From the IMG/VR virus record IMGVR_UViG_2534681774_000032, positions 1-33,164 of that record: 33,164 nucleotides of DNA; one strand, 5' to 3'. Below the pieces are notes generated by a model. That model had not been told where the DNA came from, did not search any database, and saw nothing but the letters and a program-made list of their open reading frames with translations. Positions 1-8,499 of the stretch are shown one piece after another. This DNA is from a virus. Its lineage: Duplodnaviria > Heunggongvirae > Uroviricota > Caudoviricetes. Within the stretch, counting starts at the first letter, position 1. Each line of letters starts with the position of its first letter. The translations under genes were made by a program, and so were the position numbers.

Positions 1-1020
1 CTACTTGCTAACCACGAGCGGCAAATCCAGTGTTGGTGTGATTTTTGTTTTACGATCGTAAATCAACACCTGATTTTCTGTTTTATGCCCGCTGAAAATT
101 TGTTTGTCGCGACTGCTGCCTTCGTAATCTGAGATCCCCTTGGCTTTTATGTCGTGAAAATTACACCCGAACGGAACGCCAACTTTTTGCTCGGCTGCGC
201 GTTTAGCCTGATTCCACCAGTTATTCAGCGTTTTAGCTATGACTTTCCCGCCTTTGGTTGTATTGATCACATATTCGCATGTACAGGAAGATACATTTCG
301 GGCTAACTGGATCGCTGTACGTAATCGCGGTGACCATTCCTTGATTTGTTTGGTGCCGGTTTTGTTTTGCTCAATGTAGATCCCTTTATCCATAATATCC
401 TGCCATTTCAACTCAAGCACATCACCGAGTCTTGCCGCACAGAGATAGGAAATCTCCATTGCAATGCGTAACTGTGGAATTGCTTCCGCATATATCGCCG
501 CATACTGTTCATCGGTGATGTAAACAGTGCGGGCTTTAAGAGAGAATTTTCTGACTCCTTTGCATGGGTTATTCTTCACATACCCACGCTCATATCCCCA
601 CCCGTATACTCGACTCAGGCTTGCCAGTTCATGATTTGCCTGGGTCTTGCTCTCAAGCCCTCGTTTATCCATGAAAATTCTTACCTGCTCAGTTTTGACA
701 TTATCAGCAAGCACTTTTCCGAATACCATCAGCAACGCCTTCTGATGTTGTCGATAATCTTTTTGGGTTCGGGGGGCCAGTTCTGTAAATGCAGGGGAGT
801 CCATAAACATGTGCCATAATTTAGCTACGGTCATTATGTTGTGGAGTTTTGCTTTTTCCAGTTCATAATTTTGCCAGACTTTAGCTACGCTGGTTTTCCG
901 CACTCTTCCTAGCCCTATACTTCTTGTACTTCCTTCGGGTTTCCACACGTAACTGTAACCATTCGATCTAACCCGCGGTGGCAGTACATTATCTTTTTTA
1001 TTTTTTCTTGGTCTTCCCAT
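1..1020 (-). CDS. int: Phage tyrosine integrase (lambda Int family), complete; stop codon at window positions 1-3
   Basis: 339-aa ORF with ATG at 1020-1018; sits at the prophage end next to an overlapping excisionase-like ORF; C-terminal region looks like a tyrosine recombinase catalytic domain. Confidence 0.88.
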   Translation of the reverse strand: MGRPRKNKKDNVLPPRVRSNGYSYVWKPEGSTRSIGLGRVRKTSVAKVWQNYELEKAKLHNIMTVAKLWHMFMDSPAFTELAPRTQKDYRQHQKALLMVFGKVLADNVKTEQVRIFMDKRGLESKTQANHELASLSRVYGWGYERGYVKNNPCKGVRKFSLKARTVYITDEQYAAIYAEAIPQLRIAMEISYLCAARLGDVLELKWQDIMDKGIYIEQNKTGTKQIKEWSPRLRTAIQLARNVSSCTCEYVINTTKGGKVIAKTLNNWWNQAKRAAEQKVGVPFGCNFHDIKAKGISDYEGSSRDKQIFSGHKTENQVLIYDRKTKITPTLDLPLVVSK

Positions 1021-1240
1021 TGTTCAGCGCCTCAAAATCGGGTTCAGCAGAAACCAGTTCAGATGTTTTTGGCATCGTTGTCAGACCGTGTGGAATATCC
1101 CTGCGGAGAACTATGGGTTCGTTTTTAGGGCCGATTACAAATGGGATGCCGTGCAGTCTTAACTGGTGTTGCTGTTTTGTGTATCGCTCGTATTTCGTGA
1201 TCTCTTTAATCTCTGCTGGAGATAGAGTTAATTCGTACAT
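998..1240 (-). CDS. xis: Excisionase-like small DNA-binding protein
   Basis: 80-aa product from the internal ATG at 1240 (MYELTLSPAEIKE...), N-terminus resembles lambda Xis (MYLTLQEW...); 3' end overlaps the int start by 23 nt as in lambdoid xis-int pairs; GTG-extended ORF 998..1378 would overlap the upstream gene. Confidence 0.55.
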   Translation of the reverse strand: MYELTLSPAEIKEITKYERYTKQQHQLRLHGIPFVIGPKNEPIVLRRDIPHGLTTMPKTSELVSAEPDFEALNNGKTKKK

Positions 1241-1307
1241 GTGGTCACGTGCCTTTACAGCATGACCGCCGCCACTATAGCTGGTGGGCGGCGATATGGG
1301 TTGAACA

Positions 1308-3779
1308 TTAAAAATCAGCCTGACTCGGGAGCAGTTTTTGCCAGATGGCTGAAACGTATTTCGCCTGGTAACGTGCATCGTTCAGAGCGTTATGGCGTTC
1401 ACCTTCGAATGGAATAGTCGTTCTTGCGTCGAAATCCATCACCAGTCCCAGAGCAACCATCGTTCTTACATCGCGATCATTGGTGTAACGCCACGGGCAG
1501 GGGATCCCCTGCCGTTCATATGAACGGCGTAAAATCACGTTGTCGAAAGTTGCACCGTTACCCCAGACCTGAACAAAAAATTCACCGGAGTTTTCGTCGA
1601 TAAATTCCCGCAATTGTAACAGTGCATCATCTAACGGGATTTCATCGGTCATAATGGCAGATTGCGCTTCGCGTGATTGCTTAAGCCACCATTTAATGGT
1701 GTCCCGATCAATGACTCCGCCAGCAGTTTCCAGATCAATAGTCTTACTAAATTCCGGTCCCATATCTCCGGTTTGCGGATCGAAAAATATTGCACCTATT
1801 GAGATAATCGGGGCATCAGGATTTTTTCCCATGGTTTCAAGGTCGATCATTAGATGGTCACACGTCCTGCTGGTGGATGTGATAACGTGATGACCGTTCA
1901 CCGTAATTAAGGGATCTGCCGTCTCGCCAGTTTCACTATCGCTGGCGTGATCCTGAGCGCTACCAGCATTCTCCTTGTGTGGATGTTCAGCGCCTTCCAT
2001 TTCCTCCGGATCATTTTCCTGAACTTCAACCTGATTCTCTTCATCGAATGTTTCCTGGTATGTTGCGTCACCCATCACCGCGCCACAATCATGGCAGTTG
2101 CCACCACCGCTTTGACCGCAGGCGGTGCAGACTTTTTCCGGTTCCTGTTGCGCTACTGGCTCAGGTTGTTTCGTTTCTGGCTCGTTTTGTTGCGTATTTG
2201 GGCTGTTTTGTTCCGCTTTCTGGTCGTTCTGTTCCGATTCTTGCTGGTTCTGGTTTACAGAATCGCGGGTTTCCATCCCCTTTACCCATTTCGGATCATT
2301 CGGGTCGCTAATCCCTGCAACAAATTCTCCGCGAGAGGCAGCAAGCAACTTATCGGCGTCAGGCTGGCTGATATTGGCTGCCTGCATAATTTTGTTTACT
2401 TCGTCAGCGGTAACTTTTACCGGCTCTGGTTGTGCGGTCGTGTCAGATGCACCAGTATTTTGTTGTGAACCTGAGTATGTACTGTTTTTGCGGGCGAAAT
2501 ATTCTTCTTTCGTGATTTCAGTAGCCCCGGCAGCCAGTGCCTTATCCAGACCAGAAAGTTTGTTTGCGCGACCGTATTTTTCGCCATCCTTGTCGGTGAA
2601 GAGGAAGTAGAACGGCCCCTCACGCTCTACAGATGGTTCGACTTCCACTTTGCATTCGGTTTTTTCGTTGTCCGGAATTGCCGTTTCCACTGCATCAGTT
2701 TCTGGTACTGACGACGAGAGAGTATCAGTTGCGCTCTGATTTGTTCCTTCATCTTCAAACACGCCCTTTGTAGTCAGGTATTCAGTAATGTATTTGTTCA
2801 GTGCCACAGGGTCTTTGTGAATGTCGATCGGACGTTCACGGACAAGGCCAAAAATAGTCTGGCGGTCGTAGCGAAGGGCATCAGGCTGTTTGCGCATTGA
2901 TGTCGAGATACGCTTCCAGTCTTCGCGGTCGTTGTCGATAACTTCATTTTTTGCCCAGCGATGGATGCTGCCGTCAATGTTTCCGGCATCCACATCACCA
3001 GGCCAGAGAGCGTAGGCCAGTTCGTCATCCAGTGTTTTCCATGTCTGCTTGTATTCGCGATGAATGGCAGCAATGACCAGGCTGATTTTTCCTGTTGAAT
3101 TTTCAGTGTGCTGTTGATTGACTCTGGCGCGGGCGAGATCAACAACAGACGTGTATTTTCCGGTTTCCTTGCGTTCACCTTCGCGACGTTTTTTCCAGAT
3201 GCGCATCTCTGCCTGAATTTCGGGCCATTTGGCACCAGGCTTACATTTATGCTTAACCCACCCGATGGCATGCAGCTTAAGCTCCGGATACATGGCGTTA
3301 ACTTCTGGCATTTTCATCAACGCTTCAACGATATGTCCGTCGAATGTTGCCATGTCTTCCTGCAACAATTCCTGTGCGCTAATAACCATATCAACGGTGA
3401 TGTTTTCACATGTGTCGAACTTAACCATGACAGCGTTCTGTACTTCAGGGGCCAGCTTGTCAAAAGTGACGTTCATCGGATCGGATTCAGTCTCAACCGG
3501 GACAAAGGAAGCAGACTCCTCATCCCAGCGGTTTTCCTGCATATATTCAGCATCCCAGGAATCGAGGGCAGGGCGGGGTATGCCGGGTTTATCCTCACAG
3601 ACAATAAATTTATAAGCGCAGTCCTGAGCTGCAGGGAATTGCTCCAGAAATTGCCAATGAAATTTTGCGCGTGCGCGACGCTCATCACCAGCTTCAATGG
3701 CAGTGGCCACCGCAACAGCGCTATCTTCTTTTATGGCCTGTTCATCAGGAATAGCAGCGCAAATAAAGACTTTACTCAT
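1308..3779 (-). CDS. Prophage exonuclease: RecE-like N-terminal and central region fused to a C-terminal DEDDh-type 3'-5' exonuclease domain
   Basis: 823-aa ORF; central segment [28 protein letters not shown]...[17 protein letters not shown]...[10 protein letters not shown] matches my recollection of Rac RecE; C-terminus carries DnaQ-like motifs ([22 protein letters not shown]). Confidence 0.75.
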   Translation of the reverse strand: MSKVFICAAIPDEQAIKEDSAVAVATAIEAGDERRARAKFHWQFLEQFPAAQDCAYKFIVCEDKPGIPRPALDSWDAEYMQENRWDEESASFVPVETESDPMNVTFDKLAPEVQNAVMVKFDTCENITVDMVISAQELLQEDMATFDGHIVEALMKMPEVNAMYPELKLHAIGWVKHKCKPGAKWPEIQAEMRIWKKRREGERKETGKYTSVVDLARARVNQQHTENSTGKISLVIAAIHREYKQTWKTLDDELAYALWPGDVDAGNIDGSIHRWAKNEVIDNDREDWKRISTSMRKQPDALRYDRQTIFGLVRERPIDIHKDPVALNKYITEYLTTKGVFEDEGTNQSATDTLSSSVPETDAVETAIPDNEKTECKVEVEPSVEREGPFYFLFTDKDGEKYGRANKLSGLDKALAAGATEITKEEYFARKNSTYSGSQQNTGASDTTAQPEPVKVTADEVNKIMQAANISQPDADKLLAASRGEFVAGISDPNDPKWVKGMETRDSVNQNQQESEQNDQKAEQNSPNTQQNEPETKQPEPVAQQEPEKVCTACGQSGGGNCHDCGAVMGDATYQETFDEENQVEVQENDPEEMEGAEHPHKENAGSAQDHASDSETGETADPLITVNGHHVITSTSRTCDHLMIDLETMGKNPDAPIISIGAIFFDPQTGDMGPEFSKTIDLETAGGVIDRDTIKWWLKQSREAQSAIMTDEIPLDDALLQLREFIDENSGEFFVQVWGNGATFDNVILRRSYERQGIPCPWRYTNDRDVRTMVALGLVMDFDARTTIPFEGERHNALNDARYQAKYVSAIWQKLLPSQADF

Positions 3780-3871
3780 TTTGTTTTACCTCATTACAGA
3801 TTTAAGGGTGAACAAATCCCTGCCATTGCTGGCATATAAGAATGAAACCGGATGTTTATTACGGAACTGTT

Positions 3872-4063
3872 TTAAAGACCTGCCGGGATTTCGTTATTAT
3901 CCTGGTGAATAACTTTATCGACCGGGTAACAGTTACCGGGAATTTTCTGTTCGGTTGCTGCAGTCACACACTCCTGCATTGTCCTGTGAACACTGACTGC
4001 AATATCAACTGGCTCTCCGGAAACAAGAAAAACTGTCAGAACAAGTGCAAATGCTGTATTCAT
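3872..4063 (-). CDS. Small secreted/membrane protein, YdfD-like (63 aa, N-terminal hydrophobic segment)
   Basis: Internal ATG of ORF 3872..4117 gives MNTAFALVLTVFLVSGEP...; start overlaps the stop of the dicB-like gene (ATGA); same position and length as ydfD downstream of dicB in Qin. Confidence 0.45.
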   Translation of the reverse strand: MNTAFALVLTVFLVSGEPVDIAVSVHRTMQECVTAATEQKIPGNCYPVDKVIHQDNNEIPAGL

Positions 4064-4248
4064 TGCCAGCATCCTTTTTGTATCGGACGTAAACGGGCCA
4101 GCATTGAAAGAATGCATATTTTATTTAATAGCTCCCGTTCGTGTTTTCTCTTGTTAATGGCATCTTCAGTAAATACAGGGTTACTGATAGTGACACCAAT
4201 TTCAAAACAACCTTCAGACGTATTAACGTTTGGTAATAACGTTTCCAT
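4060..4248 (-). CDS. dicB: DicB-like cell-division inhibitor (62 aa)
   Basis: Internal ATG (4248) of ORF 4060..4353 preceded by GAGG; product METLLPNVNTSEGCFEIGVTISNPVFTEDAINKRK... closely matches remembered DicB; located just downstream of a DicF-like sRNA. Confidence 0.6.
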   Translation of the reverse strand: METLLPNVNTSEGCFEIGVTISNPVFTEDAINKRKHERELLNKICILSMLARLRPIQKGCWQ

Positions 4249-4423
4249 TATCGCGTCCTCAACAATGAATTTTGTGATGTGGTGCCTGGTGCCTCCAGGT
4301 GACGTTAACCAGTTAACAATTAACGCCGGATACAGAGAATCCACCCATAACACTGTTTTTGGTTTTAACTGTTCCGCGTGCGCTCAGCCGCATTCACCGC
4401 ATCACAAAATTCACTTTAAAAAC

Positions 4424-4475
4424 GGCGGCAGAGCAGTCACGGAGTAAAACTGATACCGCCAAACGTCACCAGAAA
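4424..4475 (-). ncRNA. dicF: DicF-like small RNA (about 52 nt, ends in a GC-rich hairpin plus U-run)
   Basis: Minus-strand sequence TTTCTGGTGACGTTTGGCGGTATCAGTTTTACTCCGTGACTGCTCTGCCGCCGTTTTT matches remembered DicF almost base for base; lies between the ydfC-like and dicB-like genes as in Qin; ends approximate. Confidence 0.55.
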
Positions 4476-4815
4476 ATTGATAACAGAGGGCGTTGCAGCG
4501 GGGTTGTCGCTTAAGCGTATGGTCAACCTGACAACCCGGTGTCCTCAACGGGGAAGGAATAACCCCGCCATACTTACCGCCGCGCCATTTCGCGGAGTGC
4601 CACAACCGGAAGCGCACGGTCGACGAAAATTTAACGACAGGCTATCTATGAACCAGCTACCTCGCCGTGCGCTTTCGCGTTATGGTCTGACTTTTCATGG
4701 AAATATCCTTTCAGTAAACTGTCAGTGCCGGATGCTCACCCATGTCCGGCGCACGCACTCCACCTCACCCGTGGAGAACTCCTTAATTACCAACCTTAGC
4801 TTCGTTGGTTAGCTA

Positions 4816-5034
4816 TTAACGCGGGTATGTAATCATTCTGGCAATGCTTAATGCCGCTGCTTTTTCCAGCCTGGTGATATCCTGCTCCAGAGCGGACAGA
4901 TTTTCAGCCTGCTTAGCCCTGGCTTCATTGGCCCATTTCAGATCCTGCGCTGCATTAATTTTCTGGCGCATCCACTCATAAAGTTCATCATCGGTATAGT
5001 CTGGCGAGATGATGACGGGTTCTCGTTTCTGCAT
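4816..5034 (-). CDS. Small prophage early protein, YdfC-like (72 aa)
   Basis: 72-aa ORF in the leftward early operon; length and position match ydfC of the Qin dicB operon. Confidence 0.45.
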   Translation of the reverse strand: MQKREPVIISPDYTDDELYEWMRQKINAAQDLKWANEARAKQAENLSALEQDITRLEKAAALSIARMITYPR

Positions 5035-5063
5035 ACTGATTCCTCGCGGTGCTGCTTCGCTTA

Positions 5064-5192
5064 TCAGCCGTTAGATTTTGCCGAGCTGGAAAGCGCCTGT
5101 TTAAACTCACTGAAGCTGAGAGCTTCTTCGCCTTCGGCAAGGCCTTCGAAGTATTCTTCGTAAGCCTTTTCCATGATTGTGTCGAAATCCAT
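5064..5192 (-). CDS. Small acidic protein, YdfB-like (42 aa), below the ORF-track size cutoff
   Basis: ATG at 5192 preceded by AGGTGAGTG; translation MDFDTIMEKAYEEYFEGLAEGEEALSFSEFKQALSSSAKSNG; stop TGA at 5066-5064; fills the gap between the flanking small genes. Confidence 0.4.
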   Translation of the reverse strand: MDFDTIMEKAYEEYFEGLAEGEEALSFSEFKQALSSSAKSNG

Positions 5193-5193
5193 A

Positions 5194-5349
5194 TCACTCA
5201 CCTGAGTTTCTTTCCAGCCAGCGACGGGCACCATTTTCGGTTTTAAACGTTTTGCTTCTGGTATACGTCATCGCGGTAAACGTGCCGTCCTGGTTGGGAA
5301 ACACGCCGCATACCAGAGATTCGTTGTTGCCAAGATCGATAGTATTCAT
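5194..5349 (-). CDS. Small prophage early protein, YdfA-like (51 aa), first gene of the leftward operon
   Basis: Internal ATG (5349) of ORF 5194..5403 preceded by GAGG; product MNTIDLGNNESLVCGVFPNQDGTFTAMTYTRSKTFKTENGARRWLERNSGE; immediately downstream of the OL-like operator cluster. Confidence 0.45.
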   Translation of the reverse strand: MNTIDLGNNESLVCGVFPNQDGTFTAMTYTRSKTFKTENGARRWLERNSGE

Positions 5350-5428
5350 GCTGACCTCATTTCCCCTTAACGCCGGGGTAGCGGAACTGTTTGCTGAGAA
5401 CACCGTGCGGTGTCTTGGTGGAGATTAA

Positions 5429-5480
5429 TTTAGAATAACCTAACAAATGTAGCAAGTATTTTTGTTAGATTGGTCTAACA
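5429..5480. promoter_or_regulatory. Left operator cluster (OL-like): two TGTTAG-N6-CTAACA type palindromes
   Basis: Perfect TGTTAG-attggt-CTAACA at 5463-5480 and a weaker TTTAG-N6-CTAACA at 5429-5445, between the repressor 3' end and the first leftward gene; same palindrome recurs in the repressor/cro intergenic region. Confidence 0.5.
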
Positions 5481-5516
5481 AAAAGAGTGAGGGAATCTAA
5501 GTATCTGAAAGGAGTG

Positions 5517-5924
5517 TTATTTTATTGATTTGTTTTTACGTGCTTTAAGCATTTCTTCGAAGAGTTTATTGAAATTCTCTACTCTTGCGCGCATTTCAGA
5601 CAGTAAGGCTTCCTGCTCGGAGGAGGGAAGAGCATCGAATAATTCGATCAATTCTTTGTGGCTGGGAGTTAACTCGGTTTCCACATGAAGTTCTTGTGCT
5701 GGCACTGGTGCCTTGTCTTCGTCACCAAACATTAGCCATGTAGGCGAGCACTTCAGCGCATCAGCTAAAGCAAATAACCGCTTCCCGACCGGTTGGGTTT
5801 CGTCTCTTTCCCATTGTGAAATTGTGACGTGAGCTACCCCAGCGAGGCGTGCAGCTTCTCGTTGTGTTAGGCGTAATTCTTTTCGTCGTGCCAGAACTCG
5901 CTGGCCTAGGGTTCTTGTATCCAT
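5517..5924 (-). CDS. dicA: Prophage repressor, DicA-like XRE-family HTH protein (cI analogue)
   Basis: 135-aa ORF; N-terminal HTH LTQREAARLAGVAHVTISQWERDETQP; C-terminal CSPTWLMFGDEDK...EMRARVENFNKLFEEMLKAR resembles DicA; divergent from a Cro-like gene; flanked by operator palindromes. Confidence 0.85.
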   Translation of the reverse strand: MDTRTLGQRVLARRKELRLTQREAARLAGVAHVTISQWERDETQPVGKRLFALADALKCSPTWLMFGDEDKAPVPAQELHVETELTPSHKELIELFDALPSSEQEALLSEMRARVENFNKLFEEMLKARKNKSIK

Positions 5925-5926
5925 AG

Positions 5927-5991
5927 TTAGGTAATTCTAATTTTTCTTGACTTAGGTATCCCGCGCACATTACTGTTAGGAATATCTAACA
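5927..5991. promoter_or_regulatory. Right operator/promoter region (OR-like) with rightward promoter
   Basis: GTTAG-gtaatt-CTAA at 5926-5940 and perfect TGTTAG-gaatat-CTAACA at 5974-5991; candidate -35 TTGACT (5947-5952) and -10 TACTGT (5971-5976) overlap the operator; RBS AGAGGGGG precedes the cro-like start. Confidence 0.5.
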
Positions 5992-6004
5992 AGAGGGGGC
6001 TTTG

Positions 6005-6232
6005 ATGCTTAAAGTTGACGCAATTACTTTTTTTGGCAGCAAAACAAAACTTGCCAATGCCGCAGGAGTGAAACTGGCAAGTGTTGCTGCATGGGGGGAA
6101 CTGGTTCCTGAAGGTCGCGCGATGCGCCTGCAAGAGGCATCCGGCGGGGAACTTCAGTACGACCCCAAAGTTTATGACGAATATCGTAAGGCAAAGCGGG
6201 CGGGGCGGTTGAACAATGAAAATCACCCCTGA
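6005..6232 (+). CDS. dicC: Cro-like regulator, DicC-like
   Basis: 75-aa product from ATG 6005 (ORF track starts at TTG 6002); FGSKTKLANAAGVKLASVAAWGELVPEGRAMRLQEASGGELQYDPKVYDEYRK resembles DicC/YdaS; divergent from the repressor. Confidence 0.8.
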   Translation: MLKVDAITFFGSKTKLANAAGVKLASVAAWGELVPEGRAMRLQEASGGELQYDPKVYDEYRKAKRAGRLNNENHP

Positions 6233-6737
6233 ACAGGTTTGTGAGGCTCTGGATGCCTGGGTATGCCGACCAGGAATGACACAGGAGCAGGCGACGATAT
6301 TAATCACGGAAGCATTCTGGGCTCTGAAAGAACGCCCGAATATCGATGTTCAACGCGTCACGTTTAATGATGGCGAGGTTGATCAACGGGCGTTGGGCGT
6401 TAACCGGGTGAAGATATTCGAACGCTGGAAAGCTATCGACACCAGGGATAAGCGGGAAAAATTCACGGCGCTGATTCCGGCAATTATGGAGGCTATCCGG
6501 ATCAGCGATTTCAGGTTGTATTGTGAAATTACTGACGGAAAAAGCATTACGTACATGATCGCCGGGTTAAACAAAGAATATGGTGATGTGGTGGAGTCCG
6601 GGCTGCTTTTTGCGGATCCATCTGTTGTGGAACGTGAGACTGACGAGCTTATAGAAAAAGCTATTGCTTTCAAGCATGCGTATCGTCAGCAATACCAACA
6701 AAAAGCTGGATGGAATTATGAGCCTTCTTTTTGCTGA
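6216..6737 (+). CDS. Early-right regulator-like protein, possibly YdaT-like (cII position)
   Basis: 173-aa ORF overlapping the cro-like stop by 17 nt (translational coupling); family assignment from position and vague similarity only. Confidence 0.45.
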   Translation: MKITPEQVCEALDAWVCRPGMTQEQATILITEAFWALKERPNIDVQRVTFNDGEVDQRALGVNRVKIFERWKAIDTRDKREKFTALIPAIMEAIRISDFRLYCEITDGKSITYMIAGLNKEYGDVVESGLLFADPSVVERETDELIEKAIAFKHAYRQQYQQKAGWNYEPSFC

Positions 6738-7683
6738 ACGCCCACTGGTTATAAACACACAGCTTGCGATGAAGATTGGCTTAAATGAAGCCATTGTGTT
6801 GCAGCAGTTGCATTACTGGTTGAGAGATACCAGTTCCGGTATGGAATGTGACGGGGTTCGCTGGATTTATAACACAACAGAACAATGGCTGGAACAGTTC
6901 CCGTTCTGGTCAGAGTCAACGTTAAAACGCGCATTTGCAAGTCTGAAAACGCTGGGGCTTTTGCGTTGCGAAAAGCTCAACAAATCAAAGCGTGATATGA
7001 CTAATTTTTACACGATTAATTACGAGAGTGAGCTTTTAGATGGTGGCAAAGTGAGCGAATCCATCAGGTCAAAATGCGCCGCTCCATCGGGTCAAAATGA
7101 CACGATGGAAGAGGTCAAAATGGCACGCTCCATTGGTTCAAAACGACCCAATGTCATCGGGTCAAAATGGCCTGATGATCTTACAGAGAATACAACAGAG
7201 ATTACTACAGAGAATAAAAACACTTCTCGTCCGGAAGCTTCGCAACCGGACCCGCAGACGGCTGAACAGGATTTTTTAACCCGACACCCTGACGCGGTTG
7301 TGTTCAGTGCGAAAAAACGCCAGTGGGGAAGTCAGGAAGATTTGGCGTGCGCACAGTGGATCTGGGGACGAATCGTGAGTCTTTACGAGCAGGCTGCCAG
7401 CGATGATGGCGAGATCACGCGACCGAAAGAACCAAACTGGACCGCATGGGCCAATGACGTGCGCACAATGCGGATGCTGGATGGCAGAAGCCACAGACAA
7501 ATTTGCGAAATGTTTGGTCGGGTACAGCGAGATCCATTCTGGGTAAAAAACATCATGAGCCCGTCAAAGCTTCGCGAAAAATGGGACGACCTGGTCATCC
7601 GCCTGGGGCGTTCACCTGTACAGTGTTGTGTGAATCATATTTCTGAACCGGATACCGAAATTCCGCCTGGTTTCAGGGGATAA
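6718..7683 (+). CDS. Phage replication initiation protein (O-like), with internal origin iterons
   Basis: Likely start ATG 6718 (MSLLFAERPL...) within ORF 6664..7683; contains five 23-bp-periodic direct repeats followed by an AT-rich stretch, like lambda ori inside O; C-terminal region resembles DnaT-like primosome-interaction domains. Confidence 0.7.
   Translation: MSLLFAERPLVINTQLAMKIGLNEAIVLQQLHYWLRDTSSGMECDGVRWIYNTTEQWLEQFPFWSESTLKRAFASLKTLGLLRCEKLNKSKRDMTNFYTINYESELLDGGKVSESIRSKCAAPSGQNDTMEEVKMARSIGSKRPNVIGSKWPDDLTENTTEITTENKNTSRPEASQPDPQTAEQDFLTRHPDAVVFSAKKRQWGSQEDLACAQWIWGRIVSLYEQAASDDGEITRPKEPNWTAWANDVRTMRMLDGRSHRQICEMFGRVQRDPFWVKNIMSPSKLREKWDDLVIRLGRSPVQCCVNHISEPDTEIPPGFRG
7061..7169 (+). 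repeat. Replication origin iterons: five direct repeats CCATCRGGTCAAAATG at 23-bp spacing
   Basis: Repeat copies start at 7061, 7084, 7107, 7130 and 7154 (GGTCAAAATG core, one degenerate GGTTCAAAACG), followed by AT-rich ACAGAGAAT repeats to about 7230. Confidence 0.65.
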
Positions 7684-7723
7684 GTGGTGATTTTAGGGCA
7701 TAAAGTAATGTTCAGGAGGACTT

Positions 7724-8131
7724 ATGGCAAAAGTATTTACACAGGAAGAGCGGGAAAAAATTAAAGGACAGGTGGTGGAACTCGTGCGCCAGAGCGGTCG
7801 TGAGACGTTACGGCAACTGGAAGCTAAAACAGGTGCGACAAGATATCTGATGAGCGTTCTTGCCAGAGAGCTGGTTGCCAGTGGTGATGTATATCACTCT
7901 GGCTATGGGGTGTTCCCGTCAGAACGGGCTCGTAAGGACTGGCAAAACGCCCGCAAAAAACTCTCGAGGGCAAAGGTGAAGAAACCTGTTGTGGTTGATC
8001 CGGGCCTTATCTGGACATTACCCGACGGAGAAATACGCCGCTACGACAGGCGTATGAACATAATCTGTCGCGAGTGCCGGAAGAGCGAAGTTATGCAGCG
8101 TGTATTGGCGTTCTATCAGGGATATGCCTAG
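7724..8131 (+). CDS. Hypothetical phage protein (135 aa), possible DNA-binding
   Basis: Clean ORF with phage-typical GC content just before the AT-rich island; no family recognised. Confidence 0.5.
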   Translation: MAKVFTQEEREKIKGQVVELVRQSGRETLRQLEAKTGATRYLMSVLARELVASGDVYHSGYGVFPSERARKDWQNARKKLSRAKVKKPVVVDPGLIWTLPDGEIRRYDRRMNIICRECRKSEVMQRVLAFYQGYA

Positions 8132-8499
8132 AATTGTCACAGGTAATGAAATTAAAGAGTATTGGTTCGGATATGAATTGACATTTTCGCGGCACAGAGC
8201 TAAAAATAGCCTACTTGTTGGTTTTGTGTGAAAAGCAGACATTTTGAGGCTCAGGATTTGTTATCAAATAAGACCAATACTTATCTATATTAATACACAT
8301 TAAATACTGTGCAATACATTATTGCATTTTATTAGATAAGCGATATTTAGGGAAAAGAAAAGTCATAGAAAACAGGCCGCTATTTGTTGTTGGATTTTAT
8401 AGGCTATATCTAGATTATCTTGCCACTGCGGTCTCTGTTTACCTAACAGCTTGGGCTTCTTTGCATGCAAGTTTGTAATAACAAGAGTAATCAAACGGA

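Noticed and set aside
1947-3839. Several plus-strand ORFs (1947..2468, 2125..2610, 3108..3839, 3229..3615) and minus-strand ORFs in other frames (2417..2623, 2798..3271, 3473..3715)
   Set aside because: All lie within the 823-aa exonuclease gene, in alternative or antisense frames, with low-complexity translations
3842-4447. 201-aa plus-strand ORF
   Set aside because: Antisense to the dicB-like and YdfD-like genes and to the DicF-like sRNA; Cys-rich low-complexity translation with no RBS; judged spurious
4477-4812. 111-aa plus-strand ORF and 68-aa minus-strand ORF (4411..4617) in the region around the DicF-like sRNA
   Set aside because: No RBS, Arg/Cys/Trp-rich translations, and the region is better explained as sRNA plus processed leader of the leftward operon
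7061-7169. Possible CRISPR array suggested by regularly spaced direct repeats
   Set aside because: Repeats are 16 bp with 7-bp spacers, lie inside a protein-coding frame and are followed by an AT-rich region; this is an iteron-type replication origin, not repeat-spacer architecture
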